A DNA stretch of 45,975 nt. It comes from Bacteroidales bacterium (GTDB taxonomy: Bacteria > Bacteroidota > Bacteroidia > Bacteroidales > UBA7960). Location: contig DATIKK010000031.1 in NCBI GenBank assembly GCA_035477635.1, forward strand, positions 1 through 45,975, read 5' to 3'. Of the stretch, positions 17,899 through 26,336 are shown piece by piece. The position numbers and the translations under genes are program-made. Position 1 is the first letter of the stretch; each line of letters opens with the position of its first letter. The notes under the pieces were generated by a model. That model was not told the origin of the DNA. It ran no database searches and saw only the letters and a program-made list of their open reading frames with translations.

Positions 17899-19161
17899 AT
17901 GAGCAAACAGGTTGCATTTTTCAAAAACATCGACAAACCCTTAATTTTTCTTTACCTGATACTCGTCGTGTTTGGATGGCTGAACATTTTTTCGACTGGC
18001 TTCCGTGAAGGTCAGACTGCTCTTTTTGACCTTGATAAAGATTATGGTAAGCAATTAATATTTATTGTAACTGCCCTTTTTATCGGGGCCAGTGTAATGT
18101 TAATGGATGTAAAGTTTTTTCCGGCTTTTGCATGGGTTATTTTTGGTTTACTGACTTTATCACTTATCGGAGTGCTTATTTTTGGGGTCGAGATAAATGC
18201 CTCACGGTCGTGGTTCAGGTTGGGTCAATTCAATCTTCAGCCCAGCGAATTCGCCAAATATGCAACATCACTGGCCATGGCAGCCTTTATCGCCAATATA
18301 AAATCACGCCAGGTTACTATTTTATCCCGCCTCCAAGCCGTTAGTATAATTTTAATTCCAATGGGGCTAATATTGCTGCAGAATGACCTGGGCACTTCCG
18401 TTGTTTTCACTGCATTTGTGATAGTTCTATACAGGGAGGGATTTGTTAGCGGGATACTTATGGCTTTCGGGTTGCTTTCTGTATTTCTGTTTATAATGAC
18501 ACTTGTTTTGAATCCCTTCATAATAATTGGTGTAATGGCGGTGATTACTGTGGCCGGGATTGCCATGAAACGACAAAACCTAAAAGGAATTGGCCAGGTT
18601 TTATTGATTTTTGCTGCTTTGTCCCTCTACGTTTATTCAGTAAATTATGTTTATGACAACGTTCTTCAACCTCACCAAAAACTGCGGATTGAGGTCTTGC
18701 TGGATAATAGTGTTGACTTACAGGGCGCCGGCTACAATCTTAACCAGAGCAAAATAGCCATAGGCTCCGGAGGTTTTTTGGGGCAGGGCTTCCTTCAGGG
18801 TACACAAACCAAATTCCAGTTTGTCCCCGAACAAAGCACCGACTTTATTTTTAGTACTGTTGGCGAAGAATGGGGGTTTGCAGGAGCCGTAGTTTTTTTA
18901 ACCCTTTACCTGGCGTTCCTCTTGCGCTTTATAGTGTTGGCCGAACGGCAACGCTCAACTTTTGGAAGAGTATTCGGTTACTCTGTTGCAAGTATTTTGT
19001 TCTTTCACCTAGTAATCAATGTGGGAATGACAATTGGCCTAGTACCGGTAATAGGAATACCATTGCCATTGATAAGTTATGGGGGGTCCTCGCTTTGGGC
19101 GTTCACTCTTATGATTTTCACTTTTCTGAAAATAGATTCCAAAAAACTCGATTTGCTTTAG
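17899..19161 (+). CDS. rodA: rod shape-determining protein RodA (SEDS family)
   Basis: 420 aa, ~10 TM segments and FtsW/RodA/SpoVE signatures (QPSEFAK, DFIFS..GEE.GF, GIPLPLISYGGSS). Confidence 0.9.
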   Translation: MSKQVAFFKNIDKPLIFLYLILVVFGWLNIFSTGFREGQTALFDLDKDYGKQLIFIVTALFIGASVMLMDVKFFPAFAWVIFGLLTLSLIGVLIFGVEINASRSWFRLGQFNLQPSEFAKYATSLAMAAFIANIKSRQVTILSRLQAVSIILIPMGLILLQNDLGTSVVFTAFVIVLYREGFVSGILMAFGLLSVFLFIMTLVLNPFIIIGVMAVITVAGIAMKRQNLKGIGQVLLIFAALSLYVYSVNYVYDNVLQPHQKLRIEVLLDNSVDLQGAGYNLNQSKIAIGSGGFLGQGFLQGTQTKFQFVPEQSTDFIFSTVGEEWGFAGAVVFLTLYLAFLLRFIVLAERQRSTFGRVFGYSVASILFFHLVINVGMTIGLVPVIGIPLPLISYGGSSLWAFTLMIFTFLKIDSKKLDLL

Positions 19162-19306
19162 CAGGAAATTTAACTGAGGCAAAAATGTTATAATCAAGGA
19201 GTCGCAATTAGTAAAAAATGAGGCATCCAATCCGGCATTAACCTTTTAGACATTTTTTACGTAAAAATTATAAACTCAAGTATTTTCAAATTTCGACAAG
19301 GATTTA

Positions 19307-20185
19307 ATGAAAGTAGCCCTTTTTGGCCGAGAGTTCAATTCCGATTTTATAAGTCCGGTAAATGCTCTTCTTGCTAAGCTTGAAACCCGTGTGGAGCATT
19401 TTCAGATTCATGAAAATTTTTATTCATACCTGACCAATTCCTGTAATTTCAACAGGCCTATAAGCATATTTAGCAGCCATGAAGAACTTAACAGGGAAAC
19501 ATTTTGTATGATAAGCATAGGTGGCGATGGCACTTTGCTCGATACAATCACCCTGCTTAAGGATAGTGGCATTCCTGTTTTTGGAATCAATACCGGAAGG
19601 CTCGGGTTTCTCTCGGCCGTATCCACAAACGAAGTTACTGCAGCTGCTGAAGCCTTGCTAAGCGGAAATTTCTCAATTGACAAACGTTCACTTCTTCATC
19701 TTGCATCACCCCCTGATCTGTTTGGCGATTTCAGTTTTGCTCTTAATGAACTCACCTTGCTGAAACGCGACACATCATCAATGATAACCATTGCGGTGGA
19801 AGTAGATGGAAAGTTTCTGAACAATTACTGGGCAGATGGATTGATAGTGGCCACCCCCACAGGTTCGACCGGATATTCACTAAGTTGCGGTGGACCGATT
19901 ATTTCGCCCGAATCGCAAAATTTTATCATCACCCCTATTGCCACACACAATCTTACTGTAAGGCCAATCGTTATTCCTGATGCCAGTACAATTAAATTGC
20001 GGATAACTGGCAGACAAAATGAATATCTGGCAGGGCTCGATTCGCGGGTGAGTTGTTTGTCCGAATCTGTCGAGTTTGTAGTCAGAAAAGCATATTTTTC
20101 AATAAACCTGATCTGCCTTGGTCAAAAGGATTTCTTTAAAACAATAAGAAATAAACTTGCCTGGGGGTTAGACATACGAAATTAA
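19307..20185 (+). CDS. nadK: NAD kinase
   Basis: 292 aa with GGDGTLL, NTGRLGFL and TPTGSTGYSLSCGGPI motifs. Confidence 0.92.
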   Translation: MKVALFGREFNSDFISPVNALLAKLETRVEHFQIHENFYSYLTNSCNFNRPISIFSSHEELNRETFCMISIGGDGTLLDTITLLKDSGIPVFGINTGRLGFLSAVSTNEVTAAAEALLSGNFSIDKRSLLHLASPPDLFGDFSFALNELTLLKRDTSSMITIAVEVDGKFLNNYWADGLIVATPTGSTGYSLSCGGPIISPESQNFIITPIATHNLTVRPIVIPDASTIKLRITGRQNEYLAGLDSRVSCLSESVEFVVRKAYFSINLICLGQKDFFKTIRNKLAWGLDIRN

Positions 20186-20259
20186 ACTATTATTTAAGGG
20201 TTCCAAGCTATAAAGCAACTATTGTTCCGAAACCTAACCGTTAACCAAGTAACCTGATT

Positions 20260-21258
20260 ATGCGTATAATTTCCCTTGCCATTTTTCTGGTATTGGTATC
20301 TGCACTGGAAAGTAATTCTCAAACAGGCCGGCGACCACGACATATAATATTTTTAGGATTAGGCCCAACCGGCTTCATGGGCGACTTAGGAGGAGCCAAT
20401 CAGATTGGAACTCAAGGCATCCGTGATTTTGATTTTCAGGCCATGCGACCAGGTATTCAGGCAGGATACCGTTTTTTTATTATTCATGATTTGGCTCTCT
20501 CGGGAAGATTATCGTTCGGGCATGTTTCGGGTAACGATAGGCATACCCTTGAGCCCTATCGTCATAACAGAAATTTATCATTCCGTTCGCAACTACTCGA
20601 AATTTCTGTTAACGGGGAGTTGTTTTTTTTCAGTTGGGGCCGTATGGGAGCAAGGTTCATTAACCACGCTGCTAATACAGGCTGGTCAGGCACTAATTTA
20701 AGAGCATACATTTTTGGGGGCATTGGCGGATTTTATTTTAATCCGCAAGGATATTTTGACAGGGAACATTATTTAACCCTCCAACATGCTTCTGTAACCA
20801 ATTCAGCATTTCTGCCTGAAAACGGCTGGTTCAACTTAAGAAGAATTGGGACAGAAGGACAAGGCCCGCCAGGATTGTCAGAAGCAGAAAATTATTCTCC
20901 GTTTAACATTTCATTTCCAATGGGTTTTGGGGTTTCAATTTCAATAAACCGCCAATGGAGTATTGGTGTGGAATATGGATTCAGGGCTACCTTTACGGAT
21001 TACATCGACGACGTTAGCACAAACTATGTTGATCCATCTATATTCTCTGCAAGATTTCCCGATGATCCTGCCAGAATTGCACTGGGTGAATTTTTCTCCA
21101 ATCCCACAAATTATGCTACAGGTGTTGCACCAACAATGCCCGGGGAAAAACGTGGCAATCCTCTCAACAGGGATGCCTATATGTTCATGTTTTTTTCCCT
21201 AAAGTATAAATTTCCACCCGGGCTTGGTAGCCCATGGTGGGTTCCATTTTTAAGATAA
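20260..21258 (+). CDS. DUF6089-like outer-membrane beta-barrel-type protein (paralog 1)
   Basis: Signal peptide and alternating aromatic/glycine strand pattern. It shares NRNL[SR]F, TDY[IL]DDVS and RGNP motifs with the next gene. The position between nadK and uppS-bamA is typical for this family. The family label comes from memory only. Confidence 0.6.
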   Translation: MRIISLAIFLVLVSALESNSQTGRRPRHIIFLGLGPTGFMGDLGGANQIGTQGIRDFDFQAMRPGIQAGYRFFIIHDLALSGRLSFGHVSGNDRHTLEPYRHNRNLSFRSQLLEISVNGELFFFSWGRMGARFINHAANTGWSGTNLRAYIFGGIGGFYFNPQGYFDREHYLTLQHASVTNSAFLPENGWFNLRRIGTEGQGPPGLSEAENYSPFNISFPMGFGVSISINRQWSIGVEYGFRATFTDYIDDVSTNYVDPSIFSARFPDDPARIALGEFFSNPTNYATGVAPTMPGEKRGNPLNRDAYMFMFFSLKYKFPPGLGSPWWVPFLR

Positions 21259-21300
21259 GTTTCACACATGCGATTAGTGTATGAAAAACCCATGTATTTT

Positions 21301-21308
21301 TAATTTTG
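21301..21308 (+). promoter_or_regulatory. candidate -7 promoter box (TAATTTTG)
   Basis: Matches TAnnTTTG 71 nt upstream of the ATG at 21380. Confidence 0.35.
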
Positions 21309-21379
21309 CATGCAGGAAGAAGAAATTCGGGAGTGAATGAAAAGGGATAATGGGGTGATTAAACCAAAAACCTGTAATC

Positions 21380-22207
21380 ATGGCAATAATCAGTGTCTCA
21401 TTAGTTAGCGGGGCATTTGCAAAGAAAGCCTTTATTACATGTGTTTTGGCCTTTTTTTGTTTTTACAAAGCCTTTGGCCAGAGGCATGAGATTGGGACGT
21501 TGTTTGGAGGAACTTACTATCTTGGTGACTTAAATCCTGTTAAACAGTTTGCATTAACCCGTATAGCTCTTGGGGGGATGTACCGGATAAATTTTAACCA
21601 GCATTTGGCTGCAAGGGCATCCGTTTTTTATGGCAGCGTCGAGGGGAATGACGCTCTTCTGAGGTTTAACCCTAACCGCAATCTTAGGTTTGTTTCTGAA
21701 ATTTTCGAAGCTTCTGGTCAGTTTGAGATCAATTTCCTGCAATTTACCCCAGGCAATTTTCAAACCCCGTTTACCCCATTTATTTTTTTAGGGGGAGGAA
21801 TACTTAGGTTTTACCCGAAAGCCCAGATACCCGATAATGGGGTTCTTCGCTGGACTTCACTCCACGGCTTACAAACCGAAGGCATTGATTACAGTCGTAC
21901 CGCATATACATTGCTATTTGGGGGCGGATTAAAATTTAATATTACAAAACGGCTTACCGGAAGTATTGAATGGGGCCTGCGGCGTGCGGGAACCGACTAT
22001 CTTGACGACGTAAGCTCGTTTTATCCTGACATGTCGATGTTAGCTCCTGATGATCCCAGACGCATCCTTTCTGACCCTTCATTAATCAATGCCGGGCAAA
22101 ACGCAGGTCTTTTGAGAGGAAATCCGAATACAAATGACTGGTATTCCTTTGCTGGCTTCGGTCTCTCCATAAAAATACCTGACATTCCGCGAGGTAAATG
22201 TCCCTGA
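21380..22207 (+). CDS. DUF6089-like outer-membrane beta-barrel-type protein (paralog 2)
   Basis: 275 aa with a hydrophobic N-terminus and the same motif set as 20260-21258 (GGTYYLGDL, NPNRNLRFVSE, GTDYLDDVS, RGNPNTNDWY). Confidence 0.6.
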   Translation: MAIISVSLVSGAFAKKAFITCVLAFFCFYKAFGQRHEIGTLFGGTYYLGDLNPVKQFALTRIALGGMYRINFNQHLAARASVFYGSVEGNDALLRFNPNRNLRFVSEIFEASGQFEINFLQFTPGNFQTPFTPFIFLGGGILRFYPKAQIPDNGVLRWTSLHGLQTEGIDYSRTAYTLLFGGGLKFNITKRLTGSIEWGLRRAGTDYLDDVSSFYPDMSMLAPDDPRRILSDPSLINAGQNAGLLRGNPNTNDWYSFAGFGLSIKIPDIPRGKCP

Positions 22208-22306
22208 ATCAATTAAAAATTCTTAAACTATGCTTTACAGCTTTTATTTCTCAAAACAATTTAAGAAATTTGCATGACCTTTTGGGGCGACATTTAAAAA
22301 GCTGGA

Positions 22307-23050
22307 ATGGAATTAAGGGAACAGTTAAACCTTGAAAAAATACCCCGCCACGTAGCGGTTATCATGGATGGTAATGGACGTTGGGCAAAGCACCGGGGAA
22401 AGGAGCGCATTTTTGGTCATGAGAACGGAGTGGAGGCAGTTCGCCAAACGGTGAATGCTGCTGCCGAAATTGGTGTAGAATATCTTACTTTTTTTGCATT
22501 CTCAACCGAAAACTGGCAACGGCCGAAATTAGAAGTAAATGCCCTTATGCGACTGCTTGTGAAAGCTATTCAGGATGAAACACCCGAGCTTCACGAAAAG
22601 GGCGTTAGGCTGCTGGCAATCGGCAACCTGGAAAGCCTTCCCGATTATTGTCAGCATGCATTGAAAAGCGCCATAGAGCTGACAGCCGATAATAAACGAC
22701 TAACTGTTGTGGTTGCCCTTAGCTATAGTTCGAGGTGGGAAATTTTAAATGCAGTAAAAAAAATTGCTGAATTGGTGCATAAGGGTGAGATCGCTCCTGA
22801 AGATATTGACAACCGGCTTTTGGAAAATAACCTTCTTACGGCAGGTATTCCCGATCCCGACCTGCTGATACGAACGAGCGGGGAACAGCGAATAAGCAAT
22901 TTTCTGATATGGCAATTAGCTTATTCAGAATTGATTTTCCCTTGTGTTCTGTGGCCAGATTTCAGGAAAGAACACTTTTTTCAGGCTATCCTTGATTACC
23001 AAAAGCGCGAAAGGCGGTTCGGGAAGGTGCCAAAGCATGAGTTTTGTTAG
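22307..23050 (+). CDS. uppS: isoprenyl transferase / undecaprenyl diphosphate synthase
   Basis: 247 aa with HVAVIMDGNGRWA, FAFSTENW..P and RTSGE.RISNFL.WQ..YSE motifs. Confidence 0.93.
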   Translation: MELREQLNLEKIPRHVAVIMDGNGRWAKHRGKERIFGHENGVEAVRQTVNAAAEIGVEYLTFFAFSTENWQRPKLEVNALMRLLVKAIQDETPELHEKGVRLLAIGNLESLPDYCQHALKSAIELTADNKRLTVVVALSYSSRWEILNAVKKIAELVHKGEIAPEDIDNRLLENNLLTAGIPDPDLLIRTSGEQRISNFLIWQLAYSELIFPCVLWPDFRKEHFFQAILDYQKRERRFGKVPKHEFC

Positions 23051-23100
23051 TCTTTGGTTTACCATACTCTTTTGTTTAAAAATTGAAAAATCTTCATAAA

Positions 23101-25656
23101 ATGCACCCTATCTTACCAGGCAATAAATTGCCGATAAAAAATCGCCAAATTGTATCCTTACCGGCTTTACTTGGCCTGTTACTTTGGCTGTTTGCTGTAC
23201 CACTTACGGGAATGTCGCAATCTGCGCAAACCGAAAACCAAATAAACATTGATCCGAACAACCCCCGGGAATACCGAATTGCGGGTATTACCGTAACAGG
23301 AACGGAGTTTAACAACCCAAATGTTGTTATAATGGTTTCGGAATTGTATGTAGGCCAAACTGTACTCATTCCCGGGGAACAGATTGCCAACGCCATTCGC
23401 AGTCTCTGGCGCCAGCAACTTTTTCAGAATGTAGCCATTTCGGTTTCATCAATTCAGGGCAATTCGGTTTTCCTCAATATTGAAGTTAAGGAAATGCCAC
23501 GACTAACCCGGTTCGAATTCGAGGGAGTCAGCCGGGCCGATGCGGATAAATTGCGAGAACAACTAAATCTTGTTCGCAACGATGTTATGACTGAGGGGAT
23601 GCTTTTCAGGGCCGAAAGCGCCATCAGAGAATATTTTATTGAAGAGGGCTTTCTCAGGCCGGCCATTACAATTGAGCAAGTGCCCGACACCGCAAGGGCA
23701 AACACCATGGGATTGATTTTTAACATTGATCGCGGGCAACGAACACGTATAGCCAATGTTAATGTGTTTGGGAATTACGCCATGCCCGACAGGAGAATTA
23801 AACGGCTCATGGAGAACACCCGCGAAAGAAGCCTGCGCTTTTTTTTCTCATCTTCAAAACTTGTTCAGGAGCAATTTGAGGAGGACAAACAAAAAGTTAT
23901 TGACCAATATAACGAGATCGGTAAGCGTGATGCCCGCATAGTGCGCGATTCGATATACTTTGTTTCTGAAAACCGGATCAATATTGACCTGCATATTGAG
24001 GAAGGGCCAACATACTTTTTTCGAAACATTACCTGGATTGGGAATACGGTGTTTCCAACTGAACTGTTAAACGGAGTATTAGGAATTGAGTCAGGCGATG
24101 TTTACAACAAGGCGTTACTTGACAAGAACCTTCTCATGAACCCGGAAGGTACTGATGTAAGTTCGCTTTACCTTGATAACGGATATTTGTTTTTCGATGT
24201 TACTGTTGCTGAAACATCCGTTGAAAACGACTCAATAGACCTGGAGCTTAGGGTTTTTGAGGGAAAGCAGGCAAGTATAAACCGGGTTATGGTTTCGGGC
24301 AACGACCGGACAAATGACCATGTTATAATGCGGGAAATAAGAACCAGACCCGGCGAGCTTTTCAGTAGAAGTGATATAATTCGAAGCCAGCGCGATATTT
24401 TGGCATTGGGATTCTTTGACCAGGAAAAAATAAATGTTATTCCCCGGCCTAACCCTGTTGACGGGACGGTTGACATTGAATACGTGGTAACTGAGATTTC
24501 GTCGGACCAGATAGAACTTTCGGGGGGCTGGGGCGCCGGACGGATAATTGGCACCATTGGTGTTACCTTCAACAATTTTTCCACCCGCAACTTATTCAAC
24601 CGCGAAGCGTGGAGGCCACTCCCAACAGGCGACGGTCAAAAACTCTCAATCAGGGCTCAAAGTTTCGGAAGGGGCTATATTTCTTACAACTTATCGTTTA
24701 TGGAACCATGGCTCGGCGGCCGCAGACCCAACGCCTTAAGCGTAAGCCTTTTTCAAACAACCCACCGCTCTGACCTGCCCCGAACACACCCTAATTTCGG
24801 CTTCTTCTCAATTTTTGGAGGAAGTTTGGGGTTATCACAAAGACTTCAATGGCCCGACGACTTTTTTATGCTACAGCAGTCAGTCAATTACCAGAATTAC
24901 CACATTGAAAATAGTCCTATTGCTTTTGCTATTCAAACAGGCCAATCCAACAACCTCAATTATAATATTGTACTGGGACGCAACTCAACCGATGCTCCTT
25001 TGTACCCACGTTCGGGATCAGAAATATCGCTATCACTGCAAATAACCCCCCCCTATTCTTTGTTCACCAGACGCGATTTTGCCGCTCTTCCCCTTGAGGA
25101 GCGCTTCAGGTGGATTGAATACCACAAGTGGAGATTTAATACTTCGTGGTTTACAACTTTGGCAGGGAATTTGGTATTGAGCACACGAACCCGTTTTGGT
25201 TTCCTTGGCTATTTCAATCCCGACATCGGATTACCACCCTTCGAAAGGTTTTTCTTAGGCGGCGATGGGATTTCGGGCTGGGAAATCGACGGAAGGGAAA
25301 TAATATCCCTTAGAGGATATGCTAATTTTTCGCTAACACCAACCGACAGGGCTGGCAGGGAAATAGGAGCCGGAGTTTTCAACAAATACACCATGGAAGT
25401 ACGTTATCCGATAGTGCTTAGCCCAATGTCAACCATCTACGCCCTGGCGTTTGTGGAAGGAGGTAATGCATGGAGCAGTATGCGCGAATTCAACCCTTTC
25501 GACATAAAGCGGTCGGCTGGTTTTGGTCTGAGGATTTTCCTTCCGATGTTTGGGCTGCTCGGAATTGATTATGGATATGGGTTTGATCAAATTCCCGGAA
25601 GGCCCGACGACAGTGGCGGAAGATTCCACTTCTCAATAGGGCGGGCTATTGATTAA
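23101..25656 (+). CDS. bamA: outer membrane protein assembly factor BamA
   Basis: ~851 aa with a signal sequence, POTRA-like repeats (I..I.V.G), a C-terminal Omp85/D15 barrel, and the uppS-bamA-ompH gene order. The ORF-track start at 23083 is TTG; the first ATG is at 23101. Confidence 0.9.
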   Translation: MHPILPGNKLPIKNRQIVSLPALLGLLLWLFAVPLTGMSQSAQTENQINIDPNNPREYRIAGITVTGTEFNNPNVVIMVSELYVGQTVLIPGEQIANAIRSLWRQQLFQNVAISVSSIQGNSVFLNIEVKEMPRLTRFEFEGVSRADADKLREQLNLVRNDVMTEGMLFRAESAIREYFIEEGFLRPAITIEQVPDTARANTMGLIFNIDRGQRTRIANVNVFGNYAMPDRRIKRLMENTRERSLRFFFSSSKLVQEQFEEDKQKVIDQYNEIGKRDARIVRDSIYFVSENRINIDLHIEEGPTYFFRNITWIGNTVFPTELLNGVLGIESGDVYNKALLDKNLLMNPEGTDVSSLYLDNGYLFFDVTVAETSVENDSIDLELRVFEGKQASINRVMVSGNDRTNDHVIMREIRTRPGELFSRSDIIRSQRDILALGFFDQEKINVIPRPNPVDGTVDIEYVVTEISSDQIELSGGWGAGRIIGTIGVTFNNFSTRNLFNREAWRPLPTGDGQKLSIRAQSFGRGYISYNLSFMEPWLGGRRPNALSVSLFQTTHRSDLPRTHPNFGFFSIFGGSLGLSQRLQWPDDFFMLQQSVNYQNYHIENSPIAFAIQTGQSNNLNYNIVLGRNSTDAPLYPRSGSEISLSLQITPPYSLFTRRDFAALPLEERFRWIEYHKWRFNTSWFTTLAGNLVLSTRTRFGFLGYFNPDIGLPPFERFFLGGDGISGWEIDGREIISLRGYANFSLTPTDRAGREIGAGVFNKYTMEVRYPIVLSPMSTIYALAFVEGGNAWSSMREFNPFDIKRSAGFGLRIFLPMFGLLGIDYGYGFDQIPGRPDDSGGRFHFSIGRAID

Positions 25657-25681
25657 AGGCAAAAATCATAAAAAAGAATAT

Positions 25682-25771
25682 ATGAAACGGGCATGATTCG
25701 CAAAACACAAACAAGGATGACAATTCATCATGCGAGTTCCATCCAACCTTAATCTTAAAAATCTTTTACGG
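25682..25771 (+). promoter_or_regulatory. reference copy of the recurrent envelope-gene leader element (bamA-ompH intercistronic)
   Basis: Core ATGAAACGGGCATGATTCGCAAAACACAAAC (25682-25712). Helix P1 is GCATGAT 25691-25697 with ATCATGC 25727-25733. Helix P2 is GGATG 25715-25719 with CATCC 25740-25744. An A/T-rich tract then runs to the ATG at 25772. Confidence 0.55.
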
Positions 25772-26281
25772 ATGAAAAAGTTATTGTTTACAGCCATAAT
25801 GCTATGGGCTGGATTGAGTTTCGGACAACGTTTTGCTTATATTGACACCGAATACATACTTGACAACATCCCCGAGTTCAAGGCGGCCGAGCAGGAGTTG
25901 GAACAACTCAGCATGACATGGCAACGCGAAATTGAGGAGATCTTCGGAGAGGTTGATCGTTTATACCGCGAGTACCAGGCTGAGGCTCCTTTGCTACCTG
26001 AGGATATGCGTCGTCGCCGTGAAGAAACTATTATTGAGCGTGAAAGAGAGGCCAAAAATTTGCAGATGCAGCGTTTTGGCCGCGAGGGAGACCTCTTCCA
26101 AAAGCGGCAGGAATTGATAAAGCCAATACAGGACAGAGTTTTCAGGGCTGTCGAAGAACTGGCCACTAATGAAAATTATGCTGTGATTTTTGATAAGGCA
26201 GGCAGCCTGACTATGATATTCACTGATGTCAGGTTTGACCTGAGCGATCAGATACTACGAAACCTGGGATACCGAAGATAA
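25772..26281 (+). CDS. OmpH/Skp-family periplasmic chaperone
   Basis: ATG at 25772 gives MKKLLFTAIMLWAGLSFGQ, a signal peptide. The body is E/R/Q-rich coiled coil, and the gene sits directly downstream of bamA. The upstream in-frame ATG at 25730 lies inside the conserved non-coding element. Confidence 0.85.
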   Translation: MKKLLFTAIMLWAGLSFGQRFAYIDTEYILDNIPEFKAAEQELEQLSMTWQREIEEIFGEVDRLYREYQAEAPLLPEDMRRRREETIIEREREAKNLQMQRFGREGDLFQKRQELIKPIQDRVFRAVEELATNENYAVIFDKAGSLTMIFTDVRFDLSDQILRNLGYRR

Positions 26282-26303
26282 AAAGACCTGACTGTAAATT
26301 ATT

Positions 26304-26336
26304 AAAGGCCTTTTCTTTCCATGAGAGGCCTTTTTT
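26304..26336 (+). terminator. rho-independent terminator after ompH (possibly bidirectional with mutS)
   Basis: AAAGGCCT (26304-26311) pairs with AGGCCTTT (26326-26333) around a 14-nt loop, then a T-run that reaches the mutS stop codon. Confidence 0.55.

Noticed and set aside
25682-25696. Four-codon mini-ORF at the start of the conserved core (ATG AAA CGG GCA TGA = MKRA*; MKRA* at 2590-2576 and MKRV* at 1396-1382 on the minus strand)
   Set aside because: The ATG is replaced by ACC in the 14229 copy, and nucleotide conservation continues well past the TGA. A 4-codon peptide is therefore not needed to explain the pattern. It is kept only as a remote leader-peptide possibility.
25730-25771. In-frame N-terminal extension of the OmpH ORF from the ATG inside the ATCATGCGAGTT block (ORF-track start 25730)
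   Set aside because: The same conserved ATGCGA(G/A)TT occurs in the other two copies but in different frames. In the porP copy it gives a 22-codon ORF ending in a TGA that overlaps the porP ATG. In the 14145 copy it gives a 5-codon ORF. Conservation is thus at the nucleotide level, and the signal peptide begins at MKK (25772).
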